Source: Solirubrobacterales bacterium (GTDB lineage Bacteria > Actinomycetota > Thermoleophilia > Solirubrobacterales > Thermoleophilaceae). Taken from it: a stretch of DNA of 64,000 nucleotides. Under the pieces are notes generated by a model, which searched no databases, had not been told where the DNA came from, and saw only the letters and a program-made list of their open reading frames with translations. Made by a program: the position numbers and the translations under genes. Shown here one piece after another: positions 29,488-38,261 of the stretch (positions are counted from its first letter, which is position 1; each line of letters starts with the position of its first letter). The stretch spans positions 3,581 through 67,580 of the forward strand of contig JBBQHI010000018.1 of assembly GCA_038323835.1 (NCBI GenBank), in the 5' to 3' direction.

Positions 29488-29959
29488 CCTCGTGCTCCTC
29501 TCGCAGGCGCTTCAGGCCCTCATGAACGTTTCTCCGCGCCGCCTCCTCGGAGCTCTCCAGCAACCCGGCGAGCTCGTCGTAGGGCATCCCGAGGACCGTG
29601 CGGCAGTACACCGCCGTGCGCTGCTTGACCGGGAGCGACCCCAGCGAGCTCCACAGCTCGGAGCGCTCGTCCGGCTCGGACGCCGGCGGCGCGGACCCTG
29701 CGGCCTCGGGCACGGCCTCGACGGGTATGGGCCGGCGGCCCCGTGCGCGGTGGGCGTCGATGGCCTTGTTCTGCGCGATGCGGAACAGCCATGCGCGCAG
29801 GTTGTCCGCGTGGCGCAGCCTGGGATAGGCGCGCAGGGCGGCTATCCACGTCTCCTGGAAGCTGTCGTCGGCGTCGGATGGCCCGGCGGTGGCCACCAGG
29901 AAGCGGTAGATCTCGATCCGGTGGCATTCGAACAGCGTCTGGAAAGGCGGCAGCCCCAC
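29477..29959 (-). CDS. ECF-type sigma-70 family RNA polymerase sigma factor
   Basis: Region 2 (DADDSFQETWIAALRAY...LFRIAQNKAID) and region 4 (LPVKQRTAVYCRTVLGMPYDELAGLL) are present. GTG 29959 is preferred because ORF start 30052 would overlap the upstream gene by 52 nt. Confidence 0.8.
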   Translation of the reverse strand: MGLPPFQTLFECHRIEIYRFLVATAGPSDADDSFQETWIAALRAYPRLRHADNLRAWLFRIAQNKAIDAHRARGRRPIPVEAVPEAAGSAPPASEPDERSELWSSLGSLPVKQRTAVYCRTVLGMPYDELAGLLESSEEAARRNVHEGLKRLREEHEDDR

Positions 29960-30000
29960 ACCGGTAAAACGCCGGGCGCGGCGCCCGTGTGAGATCCCTC

Positions 30001-31392
30001 TCAGGAGCTGATGAAGATCGGCGCGCCCAGCGGGATCGTCTCGATCAGCCACTTGGCCTCACTGGAGCGAACCCTCATGCAGCCGAGACTCACCGGCTCC
30101 CCGATGCTGCTCACGTCGGCGGTGGCGTGCACCGCCAGGCGGTCGCCTCCCGGCCAGTCCTCGGGCAGGTTCGTCTGATGCCCGTTGAGCGCGAGCACGC
30201 AGCAGCCGTAGGGAGAGTCGGGGGTGGTGACCCTCAGCTTGTCCGTGACCGAGAAGCGTCCCCGCGGCGTGCTGTGGCCGGGGGACCCGATCGCGATCTT
30301 CATCTCCTTCACCGTGTGGCCGTCCCGCCGCACGAAGAGCCGGCGCTTCGACAGGTCGGCGTGCATCGACCAGCGCACGCAGTCCACCCTCGCGCGCTCG
30401 CGCGGGATCCAGGCCACCTCACCGTTCTTGAGCTCCGAGGCCTGCACTCCGAGCCAGTCGCCACGCTGACCGACGACGCCCAGCACGCGCGGGGAGCCCC
30501 ACTCGGTGAGGCGGGTCAGACGCAGGCGCGGCTGGCCTCCGGGCTCCTTGAAGAGCACCGTGGACTCCTTCAGGTAGGCGGTGGAGTAGCAGCTCGAGGT
30601 CTTCGGATCGGACGCGAACGGGGCGGCCAGGGGCCCTCCCTTCGCGGGCACGAAGTTACGCGTGCCGTCTCCGTTGCCGCGGCTCGCCGAGCTTCCCGAG
30701 CCCCCGTCGGTGAGCTGCGTGGCGGCCATCAGCCCGGCGGCCCCCAGCAGCGCTGCGGCACCCAGGGCGGCCAGGGCCAGGATCCCCCTCTTGAGGCGCT
30801 GGCCGGCGCGCTCGTCGCGCACGCGCTGGCGATCGGAAAGCATGTCGAGCACCGGTTCCCGAGGCGGGTCGGGGTTCGCGGGTGCAGCCGTGGCCGGAGG
30901 AGCTTCCTCCACGGGGGGTGGCGGGACCTCGGCATCCTTCGCTGCCGACGCGGCCGGCAGCGGCGCGGGCTCGGGCTCGGTGATGGGCTCCGCGGGACTG
31001 GGAACCGGGCGCAGCGGCACGGGAGCGGGCGGGGGCTGCTCTGGCTCCTGGGACGGGTTCACGGCCTGGTTGCCGCGCGTGACGGGGCGGGCGGCCCGCG
31101 GCCCCGAGGGCTCGAACTCGCGGCCCGCGCTCATCTCGATGCCACTCCAGGTGCCCGGCTCGAGCAGCGCCTTGAGCACCGAGCCGAGGTCCTCGCCGCG
31201 CTGCACCCGCAGGTCGTCCGCCAAGCGTTCGATCGCCGCGGCGCGGCGGCGCGAGACCTCCGCCGTCTCGTACCCGTAGAGCCGCGCGAGGGCCTCGTCC
31301 GGCACGCGGCGGTGCAGGGACAGGGACAGCAGCTCGCGATCCCGGGGTTCCAGGCGCTGGAGGGCTTCGGCTAGCTGTTCGGGACGAATCAT
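30001..31392 (-). CDS. L,D-transpeptidase (YkuD) with a sigma-70 region-4-like N-terminal HTH, Pro-rich linker, TM helix and SH3-like domain
   Basis: ATG 31392 (MIRPEQL). The N-terminus reads LEPRDRELLSLSLHRRVPDEALARLYGYETAEVSRRRAAAIERL, and the TM helix is GILALAALGAAALLGAAGLMAA. The YkuD motifs are HSTPRGRFSV and SLGCMRV. Confidence 0.8.
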   Translation of the reverse strand: MIRPEQLAEALQRLEPRDRELLSLSLHRRVPDEALARLYGYETAEVSRRRAAAIERLADDLRVQRGEDLGSVLKALLEPGTWSGIEMSAGREFEPSGPRAARPVTRGNQAVNPSQEPEQPPPAPVPLRPVPSPAEPITEPEPAPLPAASAAKDAEVPPPPVEEAPPATAAPANPDPPREPVLDMLSDRQRVRDERAGQRLKRGILALAALGAAALLGAAGLMAATQLTDGGSGSSASRGNGDGTRNFVPAKGGPLAAPFASDPKTSSCYSTAYLKESTVLFKEPGGQPRLRLTRLTEWGSPRVLGVVGQRGDWLGVQASELKNGEVAWIPRERARVDCVRWSMHADLSKRRLFVRRDGHTVKEMKIAIGSPGHSTPRGRFSVTDKLRVTTPDSPYGCCVLALNGHQTNLPEDWPGGDRLAVHATADVSSIGEPVSLGCMRVRSSEAKWLIETIPLGAPIFISS

Positions 31393-31408
31393 CCTGAGGG
31401 GTCCACCC

Positions 31409-31432
31409 GGGCTCCCGGGCGCACGGGAGCCC
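31409..31432 (-). terminator. 9-bp GC-rich hairpin between the ydeI-like gene and the L,D-transpeptidase gene
   Basis: GGGCTCCCG ggcgca CGGGAGCCC read directly from the sequence. There is no U-tract. Confidence 0.3.
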
Positions 31433-31479
31433 ACTCACCAGCGTACTGAGCGCCCGGGTCGGAGATTCTCGCCCGCGGG

Positions 31480-32121
31480 CTAGCGCCGCCGCGGCGCGAA
31501 CTGCCTGACGAGACGCCGCTTCGCGGACTCCTCGATCAGCGTCGCGAGCCGGCGGCGCCGGGTCTCCTCGCGCTTGGCCCCCATGACCCAGCGGGTCACG
31601 GTCCGGCGGTACCCGGGCGGGCGCTCGCTGAGGTACTCCCAGGCCGCCGGAACCCTTCTCAGCTCGGCCTCGTAGACGGGGTCCAGGTCAATCGCGGGCA
31701 GCTCGTACGAGTAGATGCCGGTCCGCTCGGGCCGGCGCGCCCCGAACGCCGCGATGCCGGCGGGGCGCATCCGCCCCTGGGCGGTGAGCTCGGCCACCCG
31801 CTCCACGTTGCGCCTGCTCCAATTGCTTCCGCGCTTCCGGGGGGTGAAGCGGTTGCGGTAGCTCGCGTCGTCGATTCCGTGACGGACGCCGTCGATCCAG
31901 CCCACGCAGAGCGCCTCGTCGACGGCCTCCGGCCACGTGACGCTCGGCCGGCCGCTCGCCCGGCGATGGAAGCCCACGTTCAGCTCCTTCTCGAGCTCGT
32001 GGTGGGCCTCGAACCATTCCCTCAGCTCGGCCGGCGAGGCAAAGAACCTCACCCCCTGGGCGACTCGTCCCACGGGGCGGAAAGCTACCCCGGGGGTCGA
32101 ACCCGGAAGAGATCCGAGCAA
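31480..32121 (-). CDS. YdeI/OmpD-associated family protein
   Basis: ORF 31480..32121 contains FASPAELREWFEAHH...VGWIDGVR...YRNRFTPRK. The start is possibly GTG 32052. Confidence 0.7.
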   Translation of the reverse strand: MLGSLPGSTPGVAFRPVGRVAQGVRFFASPAELREWFEAHHELEKELNVGFHRRASGRPSVTWPEAVDEALCVGWIDGVRHGIDDASYRNRFTPRKRGSNWSRRNVERVAELTAQGRMRPAGIAAFGARRPERTGIYSYELPAIDLDPVYEAELRRVPAAWEYLSERPPGYRRTVTRWVMGAKREETRRRRLATLIEESAKRRLVRQFAPRRR

Positions 32122-32175
32122 ACGGGGCCCTACTTTCGGGGCCGGGAGGCCGGGATGAACGTATCGGGAAACGGA

Positions 32176-32388
32176 ATGAGGGTCATGGCGTCACAGCTCC
32201 GTTGCTGGAGCTGCGACCACGACCTGCCACGGCCGGTGTTCTCCAAGTACAGGATGCGGCAGCCCCCGGGCTCAGCGCCCGACGACACCGTCAGCTGCGA
32301 GTTCTGCGGCCGCCTTTACCGGATCGGCTGGTCTCCGCGCGGGTGGAGCGTCGTCCCAGTCGGGCCCCCGGTCCGTCCGCCGCACTGA
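32176..32388 (+). CDS. small zinc-ribbon protein (70 aa)
   Basis: ATG 32176 follows GGGAAACGGA. It has CWSC ... CEFC cysteine pairs. Nearly all codons end in G/C, as in the confident genes here. Confidence 0.5.
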   Translation: MRVMASQLRCWSCDHDLPRPVFSKYRMRQPPGSAPDDTVSCEFCGRLYRIGWSPRGWSVVPVGPPVRPPH

Positions 32389-32580
32389 GATTCGCCAGTC
32401 GGCCGGCATCTCCGTGGCGGCCTCCGGCTCCCGGGAACCTGCCGGCGAGCGCTGCAGCTCGCGCATCAGTGGACCGCCGCAGTAGCCGCAGTCCGTTTCA
32501 GTTGTGGGGTCGAGAAAGCGAGCGCTGGCCCATACCTGGCCACAGTCCCGACAGCTCCGTGTTGGTAGATCCCCTGTCAC
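32272..32580 (-). CDS. possible small zinc-ribbon protein, overlapping the 3' end of 32176..32388
   Basis: ORF 32272..32580 has CRDC ... CGYC pairs. The third-position GC of its first ~40 codons is visibly lower than in confident genes. Confidence 0.25.
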   Translation of the reverse strand: MTGDLPTRSCRDCGQVWASARFLDPTTETDCGYCGGPLMRELQRSPAGSREPEAATEMPADWRISVRRTDRGPDWDDAPPARRPADPVKAAAELAADGVVGR

Positions 32581-32675
32581 AGCTACTCAACTCCTACATG
32601 GATCCGAGTCGTTCGGATCAGCGCCACCATCCAAAGTAACGGCGAAGTGCCCTCTCAACTCACGAATGGGACAAG

Positions 32676-32690
32676 TGAGAACGATTCTCA
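32676..32690. promoter_or_regulatory. Zur/Fur-like palindromic box upstream of the metal-binding-protein gene
   Basis: TGAGAACGATTCTCA (6-3-6 perfect inverted repeat TGAGAA/TTCTCA) lies 17 nt upstream of GTG 32707. Confidence 0.5.
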
Positions 32691-32706
32691 TTAAGATCCA
32701 CCCCTC

Positions 32707-33629
32707 GTGCCTCGCCGATTCCTCGCAACATCGGTCACAGTCGGCCTCCTGCTCGTAGTCCTCGCCGGGTGCGGACAGGGCTCGCGGCCGCCGGGCGACC
32801 GCCCCGTGGTGGTGGCCACCACCACCCAGGTCGGGGACTTCGCCCGCCACGTGGCCGGGCGTCGTGCCCAGGTGGAGCAGATCCTGCGCCCGAACTCGGA
32901 TCCCCACGCCTACGAGCCGCGCCCGAGCGACGCCGCCGCCCTTACTCGCGCCCGCCTGGTGGTCCGCTCCGGGGGTGACGTGGACGGCTGGCTCCGAGGA
33001 CTCCTCGACAGCGCAGGCCGCGGCGCGGCGGTGCTGAATCTCATGGACCATGTGCGAACGCGAGAGCAGGACGGGCACCTGGATCCGCACTGGTGGCAGG
33101 ATCCGCGGAACGCCGAGACGGCCGTCGAGGCGATCCGCGGGGCAATGGTGAAGGCCGACCCGGCCGGACGGAGGCTTTACGACCGCAACGCCACGGCGTA
33201 CCTGGCGAGCCTGCGGCGGCTCGACCGGGCGACCGCGCGCTGCGTGGCCCGGATCCCGGCCCGCCTGCGCAAGCTGGTGACCACCCACGACGCCCTCGGG
33301 TACTACGCCGACCGCTACGGGATCCAGGTGATCGGAGCGGTCCTTCCCTCGCTGTCCACCCAGGCCCAGCCCTCCGCGAGGGACGTCCAGGATCTGGTCG
33401 ACCAGATCCGCCGGACCGGCGTGAAGGCGATCTACCCGGAGAGCTCGATCAACGGCAAGCTCGAGCGCGCGGTGGCGCGGGAGAGCGGGGCCGTGGTGGG
33501 CAGGCCCCTCTGGGCGGACTCACTCGGTCCCGCCGGCTCGAGCGGAGCCACCTATACCGAGTCGATCGCCGCGAACACCGACGCGATCGTGGACGGCCTG
33601 ACCGGCGGCAGCGCTCACTGCCCGCGGGC

Positions 33630-33633
<4 letters not shown>
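32707..33633 (+). CDS. metal (Zn/Mn) ABC transporter substrate-binding lipoprotein, ZnuA/TroA family
   Basis: ORF 32707..33633 has a lipobox (LAGC) and the strings NSDPHAYEP, LDPHWWQDP and HDALGYYADRYG. Confidence 0.85.
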
Positions 33634-34313
<680 letters not shown>

Positions 34314-34369
34314 CCGGCAAAGGCTCCCAGGCCTACATGAACACGACATGAGAGCCGAACCGGCGGGCT

Positions 34370-34406
34370 CTCATCGCCGTCTCATCGACTCATGGCAGGC
34401 TCATCG
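34370..34406. promoter_or_regulatory. three exact CTCATCG heptamers plus one variant in the divergent RR / PepSY-HK promoter region
   Basis: CTCATCG occurs at 34370, 34381 and 34400, and CTCATGG at 34389. The first two copies are 11 bp apart. Confidence 0.35.
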
Positions 34407-34458
34407 GGCGTACCTACCTTGCGATCCGCAGAGCAACCCAACTCAGGAGGAAGTGACT

Positions 34459-34806
34459 ATGGACAAGCTCAAGAAGATCGCGGGCGCGGTGGCCGCCCTG
34501 GCCGCCCTGGCCCTGGGTGGCGCGGCCATCGCGGGAGCCACCGGCGGGGGAGGCGAATCCGACCGCGGCGACGGCGGGGGCGGCCTCAGCGCGGCCGTGA
34601 AGAAGCACGCCGGCGACGCTGCGCTCAAGGCCGCGGGTGGAGGCACCGTGGGCCAGATGGAGCGAGACGGCGAGAAGGGCGCCACCTACGAGGTGGAGGT
34701 CAACCGGAGCGATGGCTCCCAGGTCGATGTCCGTCTGGACGAGAACTTCCATCAGGTCGCGATCGACGGGGACAACGAGCACGCCGGCGAGGGGTCGGGC
34801 GACTGA
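34459..34806 (+). CDS. PepSY domain-containing secreted/membrane-anchored protein
   Basis: ATG 34459 is preceded by AGGAGG. The product has an N-terminal hydrophobic segment and the string GATYEVEVNRSDGSQVDVRLDENF. Confidence 0.75.
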   Translation: MDKLKKIAGAVAALAALALGGAAIAGATGGGGESDRGDGGGGLSAAVKKHAGDAALKAAGGGTVGQMERDGEKGATYEVEVNRSDGSQVDVRLDENFHQVAIDGDNEHAGEGSGD

Positions 34807-34846
34807 GCACCCGCTCGCGTCACGGGCTCGGCCATAGGCTGAGCCC

Positions 34847-36247
34847 GTGACCCGGGTCCCCATACGGCTGAAGCTCACGCTCGCGTTCGCGGCGGTGATG
34901 GCCGTGGTGCTCGGGGCCACGGGGCTGTTCCTGTACCTGCGCTTCAGCGCCACGCTCAGCGACACCATCGACGAGGGCCTCAAGACGCGCATCGCTGACG
35001 TGCGCGCGCTCGTCCGTCAGAACGACACCGGCCTGCCGAGCTCGGACCTGCTCGCGGAGCGCGGCGAGCGCCTCACCCAGGTGCTCGACACCCGCGGGCG
35101 GGTGCTGGGCAGGGCCTCGCGCCTCGCGGCCCGGCCGGCCATATCGGGCCAGGCGCTCGCGCGGGCGCGCCGGGGAAGAGTGCGCATCGAGCGCACCGAG
35201 CTGCCGGGGCTCGACACTCCGGTGCGCCTCCTGGCCGCGCCGGTCACGACGCCTCGCGGGCGGGTGATCGTGGCGGTCGGAGCCGCGCTCGACGACCGCG
35301 ACGAGGAGTTGGCCCAGCTGCGCACGCTCCTGCTGCTCGGCGGCCCGATCGCGCTGCTGCTGGCCTCGGGCGCGGGCTACCTGCTGGCCACCGCCGCCCT
35401 GCGCCCGGTCGAGGCGATGCGCCGTCAGGCGGCCGAGATCTCCGCCGGCGAGCCGGGGCGCCGCCTGCTGGCCTCCGAGGCGGGCGACGAGATCGGGCGC
35501 CTCGGCCACACGCTCAACGAGATGCTGGAGCGCCTCGAGGCCGCCTTCGCCCGCGAGCGCTCGTTCGTGTCCGACGCGAGCCACGAGCTGCGAACCCCGC
35601 TGGCGATCCTGAAGACGGAGCTGGAGCTGGCGCTGCGGTCGGGCCGGAGCCCCGACGAGCTGCGGGCCGCGCTCCGCTCGGCGTCCGAGGAGACCGACCG
35701 CCTCACGCAGCTGGCGGACGACCTGCTCGTGATCGCCCGGTCGGATCAGGGTCGGCTGCCGATCAGGACCGCGCGGGTGGACGCGCGCGAGCTGATGGAC
35801 GGGGCGAGACGGCGCTTCGGGCGGCGGGCGGCGGGCGCCGACGTGGAGCTGCGGGTGAACGCTCCGGACGGACTGCACGCGGACCTCGACACCATGCGCG
35901 TGGAACAGGCCCTCGGCAACCTCGTGGACAACGCGCTGCGCTACGGCGGCGGCCCGATCGACCTGGTCGCGCGCGACGGAGCGGGCGGGCTCGAGCTTGC
36001 GGTGCGCGATCACGGCCCGGGGTTCCCGCCAGGCTTCCTCGACCGCGCCTTCGAGCGCTTCGCCCGCGCGGACACGGGCCGCTCGGGCGGCGGCGCAGGG
36101 CTCGGCCTCGCGATCGTCCAGGCCATCGCGGTGGCGCACGGCGGGGTGGCCGAGGCCCGCAATGTGCAGGGCGCCGGTGCCGAGGTCGTGCTCCTACTGG
36201 GTTCTAGGCACTCGCCGCCGCCAGCTCCCGCGCCAGCGCCTCGGTGA
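34847..36247 (+). CDS. sensor histidine kinase (HAMP-HisKA-HATPase)
   Basis: ORF 34847..36247 has two TM helices, the H-box SHELRTPL, the N-box NLVDNALRYG and the G-boxes DHGPGF and GLGLAIV. Confidence 0.9.
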   Translation: MTRVPIRLKLTLAFAAVMAVVLGATGLFLYLRFSATLSDTIDEGLKTRIADVRALVRQNDTGLPSSDLLAERGERLTQVLDTRGRVLGRASRLAARPAISGQALARARRGRVRIERTELPGLDTPVRLLAAPVTTPRGRVIVAVGAALDDRDEELAQLRTLLLLGGPIALLLASGAGYLLATAALRPVEAMRRQAAEISAGEPGRRLLASEAGDEIGRLGHTLNEMLERLEAAFARERSFVSDASHELRTPLAILKTELELALRSGRSPDELRAALRSASEETDRLTQLADDLLVIARSDQGRLPIRTARVDARELMDGARRRFGRRAAGADVELRVNAPDGLHADLDTMRVEQALGNLVDNALRYGGGPIDLVARDGAGGLELAVRDHGPGFPPGFLDRAFERFARADTGRSGGGAGLGLAIVQAIAVAHGGVAEARNVQGAGAEVVLLLGSRHSPPPAPAPAPR

Positions 36248-37415
36248 GCGTCGTGGCGTAGGCGACCGTGGCGTAGTCCAGGTTCTCCGGAACGTCGGAG
36301 AGCTGGTGGTAGTTCGAGATCAGCTTGTGCCGGTCCACCGAGGCGAACCCGGCGGTGGGGTAGCCGGCGCGGCTGGGGATCACGGAGTCGGTGCTGGCCC
36401 GGGCCCTCATCCCTCGCCTCAGGGGCACGCCGGCCCGCTCGGCCACGCCCGCCACCAGGTCGCGGAAGGCGGGCTCGCAGTAGTCCTCCATCACCACCGG
36501 GCCCTCGCCCTCCAACATCACCAGGTTCGGTGAGCCCACGGCGTCCAGGTTCAGCACCCACGTGCGCCGGGGGTCGAGCGCCCGCAGCCGGTCGCGCACG
36601 TAGGGAACCACCCCGCCCTGGCAGACCTCCTCGGCGCCGCACGACACGAGCTGCACCCTCAGGCCGGCGACCGGGCGGCGGTCCAGCGTCTCCGCCAACG
36701 CCACCAGCACGGCCACGCCGCTGAGGTTGTCGTTCGCCCCTGGCACGAAGGGGCTGCGCGCAATGTCCAGGAAGGAGGCGGTGGCCAGGGCCGTGAGCCC
36801 GAGCCCGGCGCGGCCGAGTGAGCGACGCCCGAGCAGTGCGCCTAGCGCCACCAGGCCGTGCGCCCCGAGCACCGGCCACCAGACCGGAAAGGCGGTATCG
36901 GTGCGCTCGATGTACTCGGGGAACCGCTCGGAGAACCGGCGCGACCCGCGCTGGTCGAACACCTTCCCGGTGCGGGCCGAGTCGTGGTGCGCCATCACCA
37001 CGAGCGTGCGATCCGCGCCCGGGTCGCCGGCGTCGGCCACCACGTTCCAGGTGGTGCGCTCCGGGGACAGCGTGCGCCGGACCACCCGCGGGCCGTTCGA
37101 GATGTCGTCCGCCACGAGCGCGCCGGCCACGGCCCCCAGCAGCCCTCCGGTCCTGCGTCCCCGCCGGGTCAGCGCCAGCGCGCCGCCCACGGTGCCGGCC
37201 GCGCACATCCCGGCCAGAAGGTGCGCGTAGCCCTCGCGGTAGCGCACGGCGTCGATCGTCACCCCGGCCCCCGCAGTCCTCAGCCGGGTGGCCAGCCACT
37301 CGGCCGCCTCGCGCTCCCCCTCCGATCCCGCGGGCCGGTCGAGCGCCGCCAGGTGCTCGATCACCTCGCGGAGGGTGGCCTCGTGGGTGTCCGGTGCGTC
37401 CAGCGCCAGAGTCAT
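36204..37415 (-). CDS. M28 family metallopeptidase
   Basis: ATG 37415 (MTLALDAP). The product contains MAHHDSA and GANDNLSGVAVLVALAE. Confidence 0.8.
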   Translation of the reverse strand: MTLALDAPDTHEATLREVIEHLAALDRPAGSEGEREAAEWLATRLRTAGAGVTIDAVRYREGYAHLLAGMCAAGTVGGALALTRRGRRTGGLLGAVAGALVADDISNGPRVVRRTLSPERTTWNVVADAGDPGADRTLVVMAHHDSARTGKVFDQRGSRRFSERFPEYIERTDTAFPVWWPVLGAHGLVALGALLGRRSLGRAGLGLTALATASFLDIARSPFVPGANDNLSGVAVLVALAETLDRRPVAGLRVQLVSCGAEEVCQGGVVPYVRDRLRALDPRRTWVLNLDAVGSPNLVMLEGEGPVVMEDYCEPAFRDLVAGVAERAGVPLRRGMRARASTDSVIPSRAGYPTAGFASVDRHKLISNYHQLSDVPENLDYATVAYATTLTEALARELAAASA

Positions 37416-37478
37416 TCCAAGATGTTGCCAAAGCGCCGCCCTGGGCCGCCGCGAGCCCCGCCCCGTACCGTCTTGCAT

Positions 37479-38261
37479 ATGAACCTCACCGGCGCCACCG
37501 CCCTCGTCACCGGCTCCAACCGCGGCATCGGCCGCGCGATCTCGGAGGCGCTGGCGGAGCAGCCACTCGACCTGCTCCTATGTGGCATGCGCTCGCCCGG
37601 GAAGTTCAGCCCGATCGACGTCCCGGCGGGCGGGGCGAAGGAGGTGCGGCCGGTGGCGATGGACCTCTCCTCGCGCGAGACGATCGACCGCTCCTGCGAT
37701 GGCCTGCCACCCGTGGACCTGCTGGTGAACAACGCCGGGCTCATGACCGGCGGCCTGCTCGAGGAGCAGGAGATGGAGGACGTCTACGCCATGTTCCAGG
37801 TGAACCTCGTGGGACTGGTCCACGTGACCCGCCGTGTGCTCCCGGGCATGGTGGAGCGCGGGCGGGGCAAGATCGTGAACAACGCCAGCATCAGCGGCTA
37901 CGCCTGGTTTCCCGCCGCCACCACCTACGCGGCATCCAAGACCGGCGTGGTGGCGTTCTCGGAGGCGCTTCGGCGAGAGCTGAACGGCACCGGGGTCGGC
38001 GTGCTGCACCTCGTGACGCCGGGCGTGGCCACGGACATGCTCGACGACACCCGCGAGGTCTACGGCCGGCACATGTCCGCCGACGCATGGGACGACGTGC
38101 CGCCGGAGGAGTGGGCGGGGAAGGTCCTACGCGCGATCGAGAACGACGATCACGTGCTCGGTCCCGGCGGCAGGCTCGCGCTGGCGAAGCTGGCCTCGCG
38201 CGGCCCGGCCGCGCTGATGGACGCGATATCGAAGCGGGCGTTCTCGAGAGAGCGCAGGTAG
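37479..38261 (+). CDS. SDR family oxidoreductase
   Basis: ATG 37479. TGSNRGIGRA, NNAG and YAASK motifs are present. Confidence 0.85.
   Translation: MNLTGATALVTGSNRGIGRAISEALAEQPLDLLLCGMRSPGKFSPIDVPAGGAKEVRPVAMDLSSRETIDRSCDGLPPVDLLVNNAGLMTGGLLEEQEMEDVYAMFQVNLVGLVHVTRRVLPGMVERGRGKIVNNASISGYAWFPAATTYAASKTGVVAFSEALRRELNGTGVGVLHLVTPGVATDMLDDTREVYGRHMSADAWDDVPPEEWAGKVLRAIENDDHVLGPGGRLALAKLASRGPAALMDAISKRAFSRERR

Noticed and set aside
29989-31374. 461-aa plus-strand ORF
   Set aside because: It is antisense to the L,D-transpeptidase gene and is low in complexity.
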